In this document: positions 37,918-44,936 of the stretch, one piece after another | Position numbering within the stretch: the first letter of the stretch is position 1 | Layout of the letters: the number at the start of each line of letters is the position of its first letter | DNA from: Desulfobacteraceae bacterium | Lineage (GTDB): Bacteria; Desulfobacterota; Desulfobacteria; Desulfobacterales; JAABSP01 | Direction of reading: 5' to 3' | DNA: 64,000 nt | Assembly: GCA_011390065.1 (NCBI GenBank) | Contig: JAABTD010000002.1 | Location: forward strand, 21,854 to 85,853 | Program-made: the position numbers and the translations under genes | The notes under the pieces: generated by a model | The model's input: the letters and a program-made list of their open reading frames with translations, nothing else | Databases searched by the model: none | Told to the model about the DNA's origin: nothing

Positions 37918-38490
37918 TCAATCGAATTCAATCCGGCGATATATCTCCTTCAACTCCATTTCGAGGCCAAGGGATCGAATAGGGACGGCGTCATCCAGGC
38001 TTTCAAAATCCTTGAGCGTCCATTGCCCGACTTCGTTTTTGTGGAAAGGGGTTGCGAAAACCGAGTATTGATCGATGACGACGTAATCCCGTAAAGAGGG
38101 GATGGCCCGGTAGGCCATGAATTTGGTTCCCAAATCGTAATCCGAGGTGGATTTGGACAAAATTTCAAAAATCGCGATCGGATTCGCGATAATATCTTCT
38201 CTGTTTTCAGCATATTCAATGTCTCCGCATACGACGGAAACATCCGGATAAGTATAATGTCTATCCGGATCGACCTGGAGTTTGATGTCGCCCGGGAAGA
38301 CGTAGCAGTCCTTTTCCCGTAGTCTGTTGTTGAGATCGGCGATGAGGTTGGACGCAATCAGGTTGTGGCGGACGGACGCCCCGGTCATGGCGAAGATTTC
38401 GCCATGGAAATATTCGCTTTTGGTTTCCGCCTGGTCTTCCATCTCGAAATAGGCTTTGGCGGGGATGTCGGTTTGTTTGGGTTGCAGCAT
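37918..38490 (-). CDS. Uma2-family (DUF820) putative endonuclease, tandem paralog
   Basis: 190 aa, colinear with the neighbouring copy over its whole length. The conserved 5-prime leader is CATTTGGCGATCTCCATTAT. Confidence 0.85.
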   Translation of the reverse strand: MLQPKQTDIPAKAYFEMEDQAETKSEYFHGEIFAMTGASVRHNLIASNLIADLNNRLREKDCYVFPGDIKLQVDPDRHYTYPDVSVVCGDIEYAENREDIIANPIAIFEILSKSTSDYDLGTKFMAYRAIPSLRDYVVIDQYSVFATPFHKNEVGQWTLKDFESLDDAVPIRSLGLEMELKEIYRRIEFD

Positions 38491-38568
38491 TTGGCGATCT
38501 CCATTATTTGGGTAGCCGTTGCTGTCATTATGCAGTCGTCAAACGGCAAAATCAAGACAGGAAAAAAC

Positions 38569-38673
38569 ATGAGTGGACGACAACGCAAAAAAATGGTCCG
38601 CGAAGGAGAGTTTATCGCCGAAGTGCAGGTTGAATTGCTGGATTCTCCAGAAGGATGGGGCCCATATTTGTAG
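38569..38673 (+). pseudogene. Short remnant ORF (MSGRQRKKMVREGEFIAEVQVELLDSPEGWGPYL)
   Basis: 34 aa. It looks like the N-terminal part of a small conserved protein and is followed by a partial copy of the island junction repeat. The assignment is weak. Confidence 0.25.
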
Positions 38674-38682
38674 TTCACAGGT

Positions 38683-38730
38683 CATCATCATGCGCATCAT
38701 AAAAATCACATGAATCACAGTTCAAGATTT
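38683..38730 (-). repeat. Partial copy (D) of the island junction repeat
   Basis: Shares AAAAATCACATGAATCACAGTTCAA with copies at 44842, 45463 and 46272 but lacks the hairpin. Confidence 0.45.
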
Positions 38731-38912
38731 CCTCGAAATCGGTGCAGTGGCTGCGCGGCATCCGCACACGCGCCACAGCACCCGATCTCCCGCCGAAGGA
38801 TCAGGTTTTCCGTCTCATCTGCCGTGCGCATATCCAAGTCCAGCGGAATATCTTGAAAAATAAAAGGCATTCCAATGTCTTGTGGTTATAAATTAGCGGG
38901 ATTCGTCGTTCT

Positions 38913-38927
38913 CTGTTATCATAACAG
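38913..38927. promoter_or_regulatory. Perfect palindrome CTGTTAT-C-ATAACAG upstream of the SHOCT gene
   Basis: 7-bp arms, 50 nt upstream of the ATG at 38977. A possible operator. Confidence 0.25.
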
Positions 38928-38976
38928 ATGAAAAACGGCATGATGATTCTATCGACGACATACAGGAGGCAATCCA

Positions 38977-39297
38977 ATGAACGCATTGACGTATGGTTTG
39001 TTTGCAATGTTCTTTTTCTTTACCGCCTGCACGCCAAGGGGCGGCTACGACGGCCGCGGCGGCGGATGGCACATGGGACCCGGAATGATGGGAGGTTACG
39101 GCATCATGGGCATTATTTTCTGGATCGTTATTATCATCGGCGTGATTTTTCTGATTCGTTACCTGATGCGGAGCGGCGGGAAGCAGGTCGGGGGCGGGTC
39201 GGATAAGGCGGCGCTGGATATTCTCGAACAGCGTTACGCCCAGGGAGAGATCGATCGGGAAGAGTACGAAGCCAAACGGCGCGATCTGACCCGGTAG
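38977..39297 (+). CDS. SHOCT-domain membrane protein with GPGMMGG motif
   Basis: 106 aa. Features are GGGWHMGPGMMGGYGIMG, a TM helix, and the SHOCT-like C-terminus LDILEQRYAQGEIDREEYEAKRRDL. CAGGAGG lies upstream. Confidence 0.8.
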   Translation: MNALTYGLFAMFFFFTACTPRGGYDGRGGGWHMGPGMMGGYGIMGIIFWIVIIIGVIFLIRYLMRSGGKQVGGGSDKAALDILEQRYAQGEIDREEYEAKRRDLTR

Positions 39298-39376
39298 ACG
39301 GTCATCGACAACAAAGCATATGAATGCGGCCCGGCGCCGTAATCGATGAGCATTGGGCAATCAAGGAGACGACAAC

Positions 39377-39718
39377 ATGGCCAAGCGTTTGTGCATTGCA
39401 ATCCTGATCATGGCGGCTGCAACAGCATGGCCGGCAGCGTCCGGAAATCGGGCGAACCCGTTTTCGGTCGGGTCGGCATGGGCGGCGGCGGCGTCGCCGG
39501 ACATTGAATGGTTCAAGGAGGAGATGACGGTTTCCCCGAAATATCTTCCAGAAGAGGAGGGCGTGTTCGGCATGTCCTGGGCCCATTTTTTAACCATGAC
39601 CTTCCTTGTTCTTTTTTTTCTGGGAACCTTGATCCTTTTTTACATCCGTTCCAAAAGAACCGAGGAGATATTAACCACCCTTTTAAAGGAGGAAGAGCAT
39701 CATGGGTCACAAAGTTGA
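39377..39718 (+). CDS. Exported protein with C-terminal TM anchor (hypothetical)
   Basis: The ATG at 39377 has AAGGAG 8 nt upstream. Signal peptide MAKRLCIAILIMAAATAWPAAS and C-terminal helix FLTMTFLVLFFLGTLILFYI. It overlaps the ferredoxin gene by 17 nt. Confidence 0.5.
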   Translation: MAKRLCIAILIMAAATAWPAASGNRANPFSVGSAWAAAASPDIEWFKEEMTVSPKYLPEEEGVFGMSWAHFLTMTFLVLFFLGTLILFYIRSKRTEEILTTLLKEEEHHGSQS

Positions 39719-39968
39719 ATTCAGAACTTCCGGAAAAACCGTCGAATGGGACGATAAATACGAGAGCATCCTGGAACTGGCCGAAGAAAACGGCGTCGAG
39801 ATCGAATCGGAATGTCAACAAGGATATTGCGGCACCTGCAAGGTAAAACTCCTCTCAGGGGAGGTGGACATGTCGGACGATTCCGGGTTGGAGGATGAAG
39901 ACCTTGACAGCAACATGATCCTGCCGTGCGTGGCAACGCCGAAAACCGATGTGGCATTGGAGGCCTGA
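39702..39968 (+). CDS. Plant-type [2Fe-2S] ferredoxin
   Basis: 88 aa with Cys pattern C-x4-C-x2-C ... C (ECQQGYCGTCKVKL ... ILPCVA). AAAGGAGGAAG lies upstream. Confidence 0.85.
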   Translation: MGHKVEFRTSGKTVEWDDKYESILELAEENGVEIESECQQGYCGTCKVKLLSGEVDMSDDSGLEDEDLDSNMILPCVATPKTDVALEA

Positions 39969-39974
39969 TCCTGT

Positions 39975-40694
39975 ATGATTGACGATAAACAATTGACTGC
40001 CTGGCTTGCGACGATATTCGTCTCGCTGGCGGTGATCTTTCTGGTTTTTCCCGTTCCCGGTTTCGGGGGGACGGGGATCGGCCATCTGGTGGGGATTGTC
40101 GGCAGCCTTTTAATGCTGATGACGCTCATATATCCTTATCGGAAACGGATTCTGGACAAAAAGGGGCGGAAAAACCCGCTCAACCCCCACATCTATTACG
40201 GCATTGTGGGACCCACCCTGGTCGTCGTCCATTCGGGACATAAATTCGCCAGCACCATTGGCGTCGTGGTGTTTCTAGGCATGCTGCTGGTGGTGTTGAG
40301 CGGGATTGTGGGGCGTTTTCTGTTCAAAAAAGTCAACCGTTCAGTCCGGGAGCAGAAAAAGGAGATCGATACGCTCCATGACCTGTTCCGGCAGAGAAAA
40401 ACGGCCATCAGCCGGGAAGACCTCGAACGGTATCTCGCCGGGCAGGTTCTTTACGAAAAAGATGAAGCGGAGACAGACGCGCCCGCGGGAGAGGTGGTTT
40501 ACCGGAAATGCAGGGAACTCCAGGAAATCGCTCACGCCATTGCAGAAGGAGAACAAGCGGTTAAAACCTTTTCGACCGTCAAGACGGTATTCACCCGCTG
40601 GATTCTGATTCATATCTATCTGTCGGTCTTCCTGTTCGCCATGCTGCTGGTGCACATTTTGTCAACCTTCTACTATGGATTTCGGTGGTTGTGA
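39975..40694 (+). CDS. 5-TM membrane protein with conserved intramembrane histidines and a roughly 100-aa cytoplasmic coiled-coil loop
   Basis: 239 aa. His residues inside predicted helices are GIGHLVG, PHIYYG, VVVHSGH, LIHIYL and LLVHIL. The gene is sandwiched between the ferredoxin and the multiheme cytochrome with overlapping stop/start codons. Confidence 0.6.
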   Translation: MIDDKQLTAWLATIFVSLAVIFLVFPVPGFGGTGIGHLVGIVGSLLMLMTLIYPYRKRILDKKGRKNPLNPHIYYGIVGPTLVVVHSGHKFASTIGVVVFLGMLLVVLSGIVGRFLFKKVNRSVREQKKEIDTLHDLFRQRKTAISREDLERYLAGQVLYEKDEAETDAPAGEVVYRKCRELQEIAHAIAEGEQAVKTFSTVKTVFTRWILIHIYLSVFLFAMLLVHILSTFYYGFRWL

Positions 40695-41341
40695 TGAAAT
40701 GGCTTCGAAATATCCTCATAGTGGCGGTGGCGTCGGCCATATCCGTCTGGCTGTTCATGGATGAAAATGCGGCCCAGCCCGGCGCCTTGACGCTGGCCCA
40801 CGCTGAAAGCGCTTTTTGCGAAGATTGCCATGTCCCCTGGAAAGGCGTATCCGACGATATGTGCATCGGGTGTCATGAATTCTGGGATGCATCCACCTTG
40901 AAGCCCAGCATTCGATTCCATGAAGCGGAAAGACATTGCCTGGAATGCCATACCGAACACCGGGCCGGCGACATATCGAAGATGGACCATACCCTTCTCA
41001 ATGGGGAGTTGCTCTGCTCACAGTGCCATCTGGACCCGCATGAGGGGCTTTTCGGGGAGGAATGCCGGGAATGCCACGGGATAGAAACGTGGCGGATTCA
41101 GACCTTCAACCACCCGTCTGAGCAAGTATCTTACTGCAATCGGTGTCATCGACCCCCGTTTTCCCATCGCGACCCGGATATATGGGCCTTGATGCAAAAG
41201 CAGCATGAGCAGGCGATGGGGGTTCAACTGGACTCCCCCAAAGAGTGTTGGCGCTGTCACGTCGTCCACGACTGGCGGCACCTGAGGATGACGCATCAAT
41301 TGGCGCCGGTGAAGACGAATTCCGCGGATACATCGGGCTGA
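40694..41341 (+). CDS. Heptaheme c-type cytochrome, N-terminally anchored
   Basis: Seven CxxCH motifs: CEDCH, CIGCH, CLECH, CSQCH, CRECH, CNRCH and CWRCH. N-terminal hydrophobic helix. The ATG at 40694 overlaps the upstream stop (TGATG). Confidence 0.85.
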   Translation: MKWLRNILIVAVASAISVWLFMDENAAQPGALTLAHAESAFCEDCHVPWKGVSDDMCIGCHEFWDASTLKPSIRFHEAERHCLECHTEHRAGDISKMDHTLLNGELLCSQCHLDPHEGLFGEECRECHGIETWRIQTFNHPSEQVSYCNRCHRPPFSHRDPDIWALMQKQHEQAMGVQLDSPKECWRCHVVHDWRHLRMTHQLAPVKTNSADTSG

Positions 41342-41526
41342 GATTTGCGCTTTTCATAGCGACCAAGCCCTGCCCGCCTCCAAGCCTGTATCGATTTTAC
41401 CCGCCGCCGGTTCGTTTGACCTGGAACCGTGAAGTTTTTACCCGTTTGCGTATCGAGACCTGAAAGCGCCGCCAGGAATTGACTCTGGCATTCAGCTTTT
41501 CTGCTTTTGAATAGAGGAGGCATCCC

Positions 41527-42027
41527 ATGGCTGAACATATCGGCATCGTTATACAAATGGAAGAAAACGGACGGGTCCGCGTCGCCGCGGATCGCAAGGG
41601 CGCCTGCGGCGGCTGCGACCACCGGGGCGGCGGCTGCAAAAGCTGCCTGACCGGCGCCAACAAGATGGAGAGCGAGGCCGTCAATCCCGTCGGCGCCAAG
41701 GTCGGCGATCTGGTAAAGCTCCAATTGACAACCTTCAACCTCTATTCCGGCGCGGCCCTGCTCTATCTGCTGCCCGTCCTGGGGGCGCTGGCAGGGGCCT
41801 TCATGGGCGACTGGGCGGCCGGGTCGGACGGGACGTTTGGGGTGATCGGCGCCATCGCCGGGGCCTTTTCCGGGCTGGCCATCGGCTATGCGTTTCTTAT
41901 CGCGGTGGATCGCGGCCAGGGGCTGCGGCGCCGGTGGATGCCCACCATCACCAAGGTCGTCCGGCCGGGCGTCGGCGTCCCATCCGGCATTGGGTCGCCG
42001 GGCCCCGCGGCCTCCTGTTGCGGTTGA
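41527..42027 (+). CDS. RseC/MucC-family protein (SoxR-reducing-system type)
   Basis: 166 aa with an N-terminal beta-domain carrying CGGCDHRGGGCKSC, followed by two TM helices. GAGGAGG lies upstream. Confidence 0.8.
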   Translation: MAEHIGIVIQMEENGRVRVAADRKGACGGCDHRGGGCKSCLTGANKMESEAVNPVGAKVGDLVKLQLTTFNLYSGAALLYLLPVLGALAGAFMGDWAAGSDGTFGVIGAIAGAFSGLAIGYAFLIAVDRGQGLRRRWMPTITKVVRPGVGVPSGIGSPGPAASCCG

Positions 42028-42881
42028 TAACCGTCAACGGGGCGGACGACCGGACCTTTGCATCCTGTCTGGACGGTCTCCGGTACGGCATCCGCAGCCA
42101 TATCGGGCAGCGGAAAGAAAACCAGGACGAGATCCGGCTGCCGGAACCGGACGAGAACCGGGACGGCAGGGGAATGCTGTTCGCGGTGGCCGACGGAATG
42201 GGCGGGCACAGCGGCGCGTCCATTGTCGGCCGGATGGCCTGCGACGGCCTGGCGGCATATCACGGCCGCGCCATGCCGGAAAACTGTCGAAACCATGCGC
42301 CGGCGCTGGTCCGCCATCTGGTCGGGACCATCTTTCGCATCGACCGGCGGATCCGCATCGCGGGCAGGAAAGACCCGGCCCTGGAGGAGATGGGCACGAC
42401 CCTCTCCTGCCTTGCGCTGACGGATCGGAACGCCGTCGTCGCCCATGTGGGGGACAGCCGGATCTACCGTCTCCGGGGCGGCCGTTTGACATGCCTGACC
42501 ACCGATCACACCTTTGTTCAGGATATGATTTTCGAAGGCGAAGTGGCCCCTGAAAAGGCGGCATCCCATCCCCTCCGCCATGTGCTGACCCGGGCCGTCG
42601 GCACGCTGGAACCCCTGGAGTGGGTGGATGCGCGGATCGATCCCCGCCGTCCCGGAGATCGGTATCTCCTGTGTACGGACGGCTTGTACAACGCCCTCGA
42701 AACGGACCGGATATCGTTGCTGCTTTCCGCGGACAACGATCCCGGCGGAACGGCCGCGCACTTGGTGACGGCGGCCCTGGAAAACGGCGCCCGGGACAAC
42801 ACGACGGCGCTGGTGATCGACGATGCGCCGACAATATCGGGAGAAAATATAAAAAAGAGCGACAGCGACCATGACGACTGA
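42024..42881 (+). CDS. PP2C-family Ser/Thr protein phosphatase
   Basis: GQRKENQDE, FAVADGMGGHSGA, GTTLSCL and the DNTTALVI motif. The track start (GTG at 41934) overlaps RseC out of frame. The TTG at 42024, overlapping the RseC stop, is a more plausible start but is uncertain. Confidence 0.8.
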   Translation: MITVNGADDRTFASCLDGLRYGIRSHIGQRKENQDEIRLPEPDENRDGRGMLFAVADGMGGHSGASIVGRMACDGLAAYHGRAMPENCRNHAPALVRHLVGTIFRIDRRIRIAGRKDPALEEMGTTLSCLALTDRNAVVAHVGDSRIYRLRGGRLTCLTTDHTFVQDMIFEGEVAPEKAASHPLRHVLTRAVGTLEPLEWVDARIDPRRPGDRYLLCTDGLYNALETDRISLLLSADNDPGGTAAHLVTAALENGARDNTTALVIDDAPTISGENIKKSDSDHDD

Positions 42882-43321
42882 CGAAAATGCGTGCGACACC
42901 AGTTTATTCGCGACCGGGGATGTGATCGACGGCAAATGGGTTTTTATCGAGCGGATCGGCGAGGGCGGCATGGGCGTGATCTATCGCGCCCAACCAGCTC
43001 AACCTGAAGCGGGACGTGGCCATCAAGGTCATCTCCGAAGCGATGCTGACGAACCTGGAGGACAACCCCGATGAACTCGGCGCCGCCATGGAGCGGTTCC
43101 AGCGGGAAGTGCAGACCATGGCCCAGGTGCGCCACGCCAATGTGCTCCAGATTTACGACTACGGTACAACCACGCTGAAAAAGGCGGGGCAGGCCCATCA
43201 AGTGGAGTACATCGCCATGGAGTACGTGCCGGGCAACACCTTCCGGTATACCCTGTCGGAACAGGGATTCGGCGACGACATTTCGTCGAATCGCCGACAA
43301 CAGCGCTTTTGGCTGTTCTGA
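42871..43321 (+). pseudogene. Hanks-type Ser/Thr kinase, frameshifted and 3-prime truncated
   Basis: Frame A carries the Gly loop IGEGGMGVIYRA. After about 42992 the reading continues only in another frame (NLKRDVAIKVI ... VRHANVLQIYDY ... EYIAMEYVPGNTF). There is no HRD/DFG catalytic region before the stop at 43321. Confidence 0.8.
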
Positions 43322-43613
43322 ATCCAATCTCCTCGAACCCCTCCCAGGGGAAACGCTCAACGACCTCCGGCAAAGAGGATTTATCCTCGGGTGCGCCCTC
43401 GACACCGCCGATGACCGCAAACCGATTCGTTTTCAGAGACTTTTCGGAGGTTTTGGCCTGTCCTCTGGTGACCCATTCGCCGATTTCGCGGCTCAATCCC
43501 TTTATGCCCAGCAGGTTTGGCGTATAAGACGCGGCCGGCGGCGGTTTGAATCCCGAATGATTTTTCCGTCTGCTTTTGAAACTCCAACCCATGGATAACG
43601 CGCTCAAGTTGTC

Positions 43614-43751
43614 CGGCACTGGTTCAGTTGAATGGGAATGTCCATAATATCAACAAGTTAGAATCTTGCCGCAATATGCGCCAACATTCTGGATTTTCAA
43701 GATAAAAAGCCCTGACCTATTGGCGTTTCCCATTCAACTGAACCAGTGCCG
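43614..43751. mobile_element. MITE-like element: perfect 25-bp terminal inverted repeats around an 88-bp AT-rich core
   Basis: CGGCACTGGTTCAGTTGAATGGGAA at 43614-43638 is the exact reverse complement of 43727-43751. No coding capacity. Confidence 0.5.
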
Positions 43752-43912
43752 AACCGCACAACGCTTACATAAAATGCTTTGCGAGCCGGATTCGGGAGAA
43801 AGAGGCGGCTTTCGGAATACTGGACGACCGAAAAGCCGCCCCGATTTCCGCTAAACTGACCCAGCTTTTAAAAGGCTTGATGGATATCTGGTTTTCAAAA
43901 GGAGGCGTGTTT

Positions 43913-44092
43913 ATGGAACAAGAACTGACCCCCGAAAAACTCATTGAAATGGGGAAGAAGTGGGGAGATCTGTATCTTAGAAGTCTGCCGCCCGAAGAGC
44001 GCCTTAAAGGACTTGGACCCGAGGAACGTCTCAAAGGACTGTCCGCCGAGGAAATAGAAGCTTATTTGCGGAAACTTAAAAAGAATAATTGA
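43913..44092 (+). CDS. Small protein with tandem PEERLKGL repeats (hypothetical)
   Basis: The ATG at 43913 is preceded by AAAGGAGG. 59 aa containing PPEERLKGLGPEERLKGLSAEEIEAYL. Confidence 0.4.
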   Translation: MEQELTPEKLIEMGKKWGDLYLRSLPPEERLKGLGPEERLKGLSAEEIEAYLRKLKKNN

Positions 44093-44282
44093 GGCTGGCG
44101 GCGACTCGACTTCTCCACCTGTTATTGCCAAGACAGATTGCAAATAGCCAGCCCGTCATCAAGAGCCGCCAGCCCGCGCAATAATTTTGGCGCAAAATCC
44201 GCGCCGTTTTCCCACTCCATGGTATTCGCGGAAAAACGCCCACCCGAAGCCCGTGCCAGAGATGTGAATTTTTTGGGTCGAA

Positions 44283-44540
44283 TCACGCCATCTGTCTGCC
44301 GATCGGCGGATTCCGCATGATGAATGTTTTGGCAACGGACGATTCCAGAAAGACAGGGGAAAAGCACTCGGCCGGATAGAGATAGTCCTCACCCTCCTCG
44401 TCAATCACACGGATTTCATTGTGATTCTCCGCCTCCTCATCCGGCAGCGACTGATAAATCTTCCACAGCTCGAGGGACGCCTCATTTCCCTGGTTGTCGA
44501 TGCAGACGACAAGCCGTTTTCCGTCAATATGATCTATCAT
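44283..44540 (-). CDS. Small protein with ID-N-x-G-x-EASLE / IRVIDE-GEDYLYP domain (uncharacterised)
   Basis: 85 aa. GAGGAG SD overlaps the end of the upstream gene, with a 7-nt gap. The domain recurs as the C-terminal half of 44934..45353. Confidence 0.6.
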   Translation of the reverse strand: MIDHIDGKRLVVCIDNQGNEASLELWKIYQSLPDEEAENHNEIRVIDEEGEDYLYPAECFSPVFLESSVAKTFIMRNPPIGRQMA

Positions 44541-44547
44541 AATCTCC

Positions 44548-44844
44548 TCACAGATAATGTTTTACCTTGATGTTTCTTTTTCCGATGCCGTGGGCTTCAA
44601 ACCAGTGGATTTCAGCCAGTTTGACGGAACCGTCCGATAGCCGCACCTTGGCGACGCCCTTCATTTTCTTCCAGTTGCCACGCCCGTAAAGTTTGTCAAG
44701 CCTCTTCCTGACCTTTACAGAGTGACCTTCCGCAATGAGTTCCTTGTTGCGAATTTCGCTTAATATTTCTCTTACCTGCATGGCTTGCCATTCAGGATTA
44801 GCTGACATCTGGACCGATTTCATGCGCATTTTCAACCATATCAC
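44548..44844 (-). CDS. Small basic protein (uncharacterised; upstream partner of 44283..44540)
   Basis: At most 98 aa. The real start may be the ATG at 44808 (MSANPEW). The conserved-looking C-terminus is GRGNWKKMKGVAKVRLSDGSVKLAEIHWFEAHGIGKRNIKVK. Confidence 0.5.
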   Translation of the reverse strand: MIWLKMRMKSVQMSANPEWQAMQVREILSEIRNKELIAEGHSVKVRKRLDKLYGRGNWKKMKGVAKVRLSDGSVKLAEIHWFEAHGIGKRNIKVKHYL

Positions 44845-44936
44845 AGCCCCATCTCAAAAATCACACCAATCACAGATCAAAGACGCAAAAAGCCGGAAGC
44901 GTTTCCGCTTCCTGCTTTTCGGGCATCCATTTCTTA
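44842..44936 (-). repeat. Island junction repeat, copy A (terminator hairpin + conserved trailer)
   Basis: CACAGCCCCATCTCAAAAATCACACCAATCACAGATCAAAGACGCAAAAAGCCGGAAGCGTTTCCGCTTCC. The hairpin arms are GGAAGCG/CGCTTCC, extendable to GCCGGAAGCG only in copy C. Confidence 0.7.

Noticed and set aside
38713-38868. 51-codon minus-strand ORF (MPFIFQDIPLDLDMRTADETENLILRREIGCCGACADAAQPLHRF...) between the Uma2 genes and the SHOCT gene.
   Set aside because: It is below the ORF-track threshold, has no SD, and shows no recognisable family. It sits in a region that looks like decayed cassette debris. It cannot be supported as a gene from sequence alone.
41470-41500. CTGGCATTCAGCTTTTCTGC upstream of the RseC gene as a second sigma54 promoter.
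   Set aside because: The GG and GC dinucleotides are not at the required 10-nt spacing (no TTGC after N5), so it does not fit the -24/-12 consensus.
41934-42023. GTG start at 41934 for the PP2C phosphatase, implying a 94-nt overlap with the RseC gene.
   Set aside because: The extra 30 residues (MDAHHHQGRPAGRRRPIRHWVAGPRGLLLR) look like out-of-frame translation of RseC. PP2C homology begins only after about 42030.
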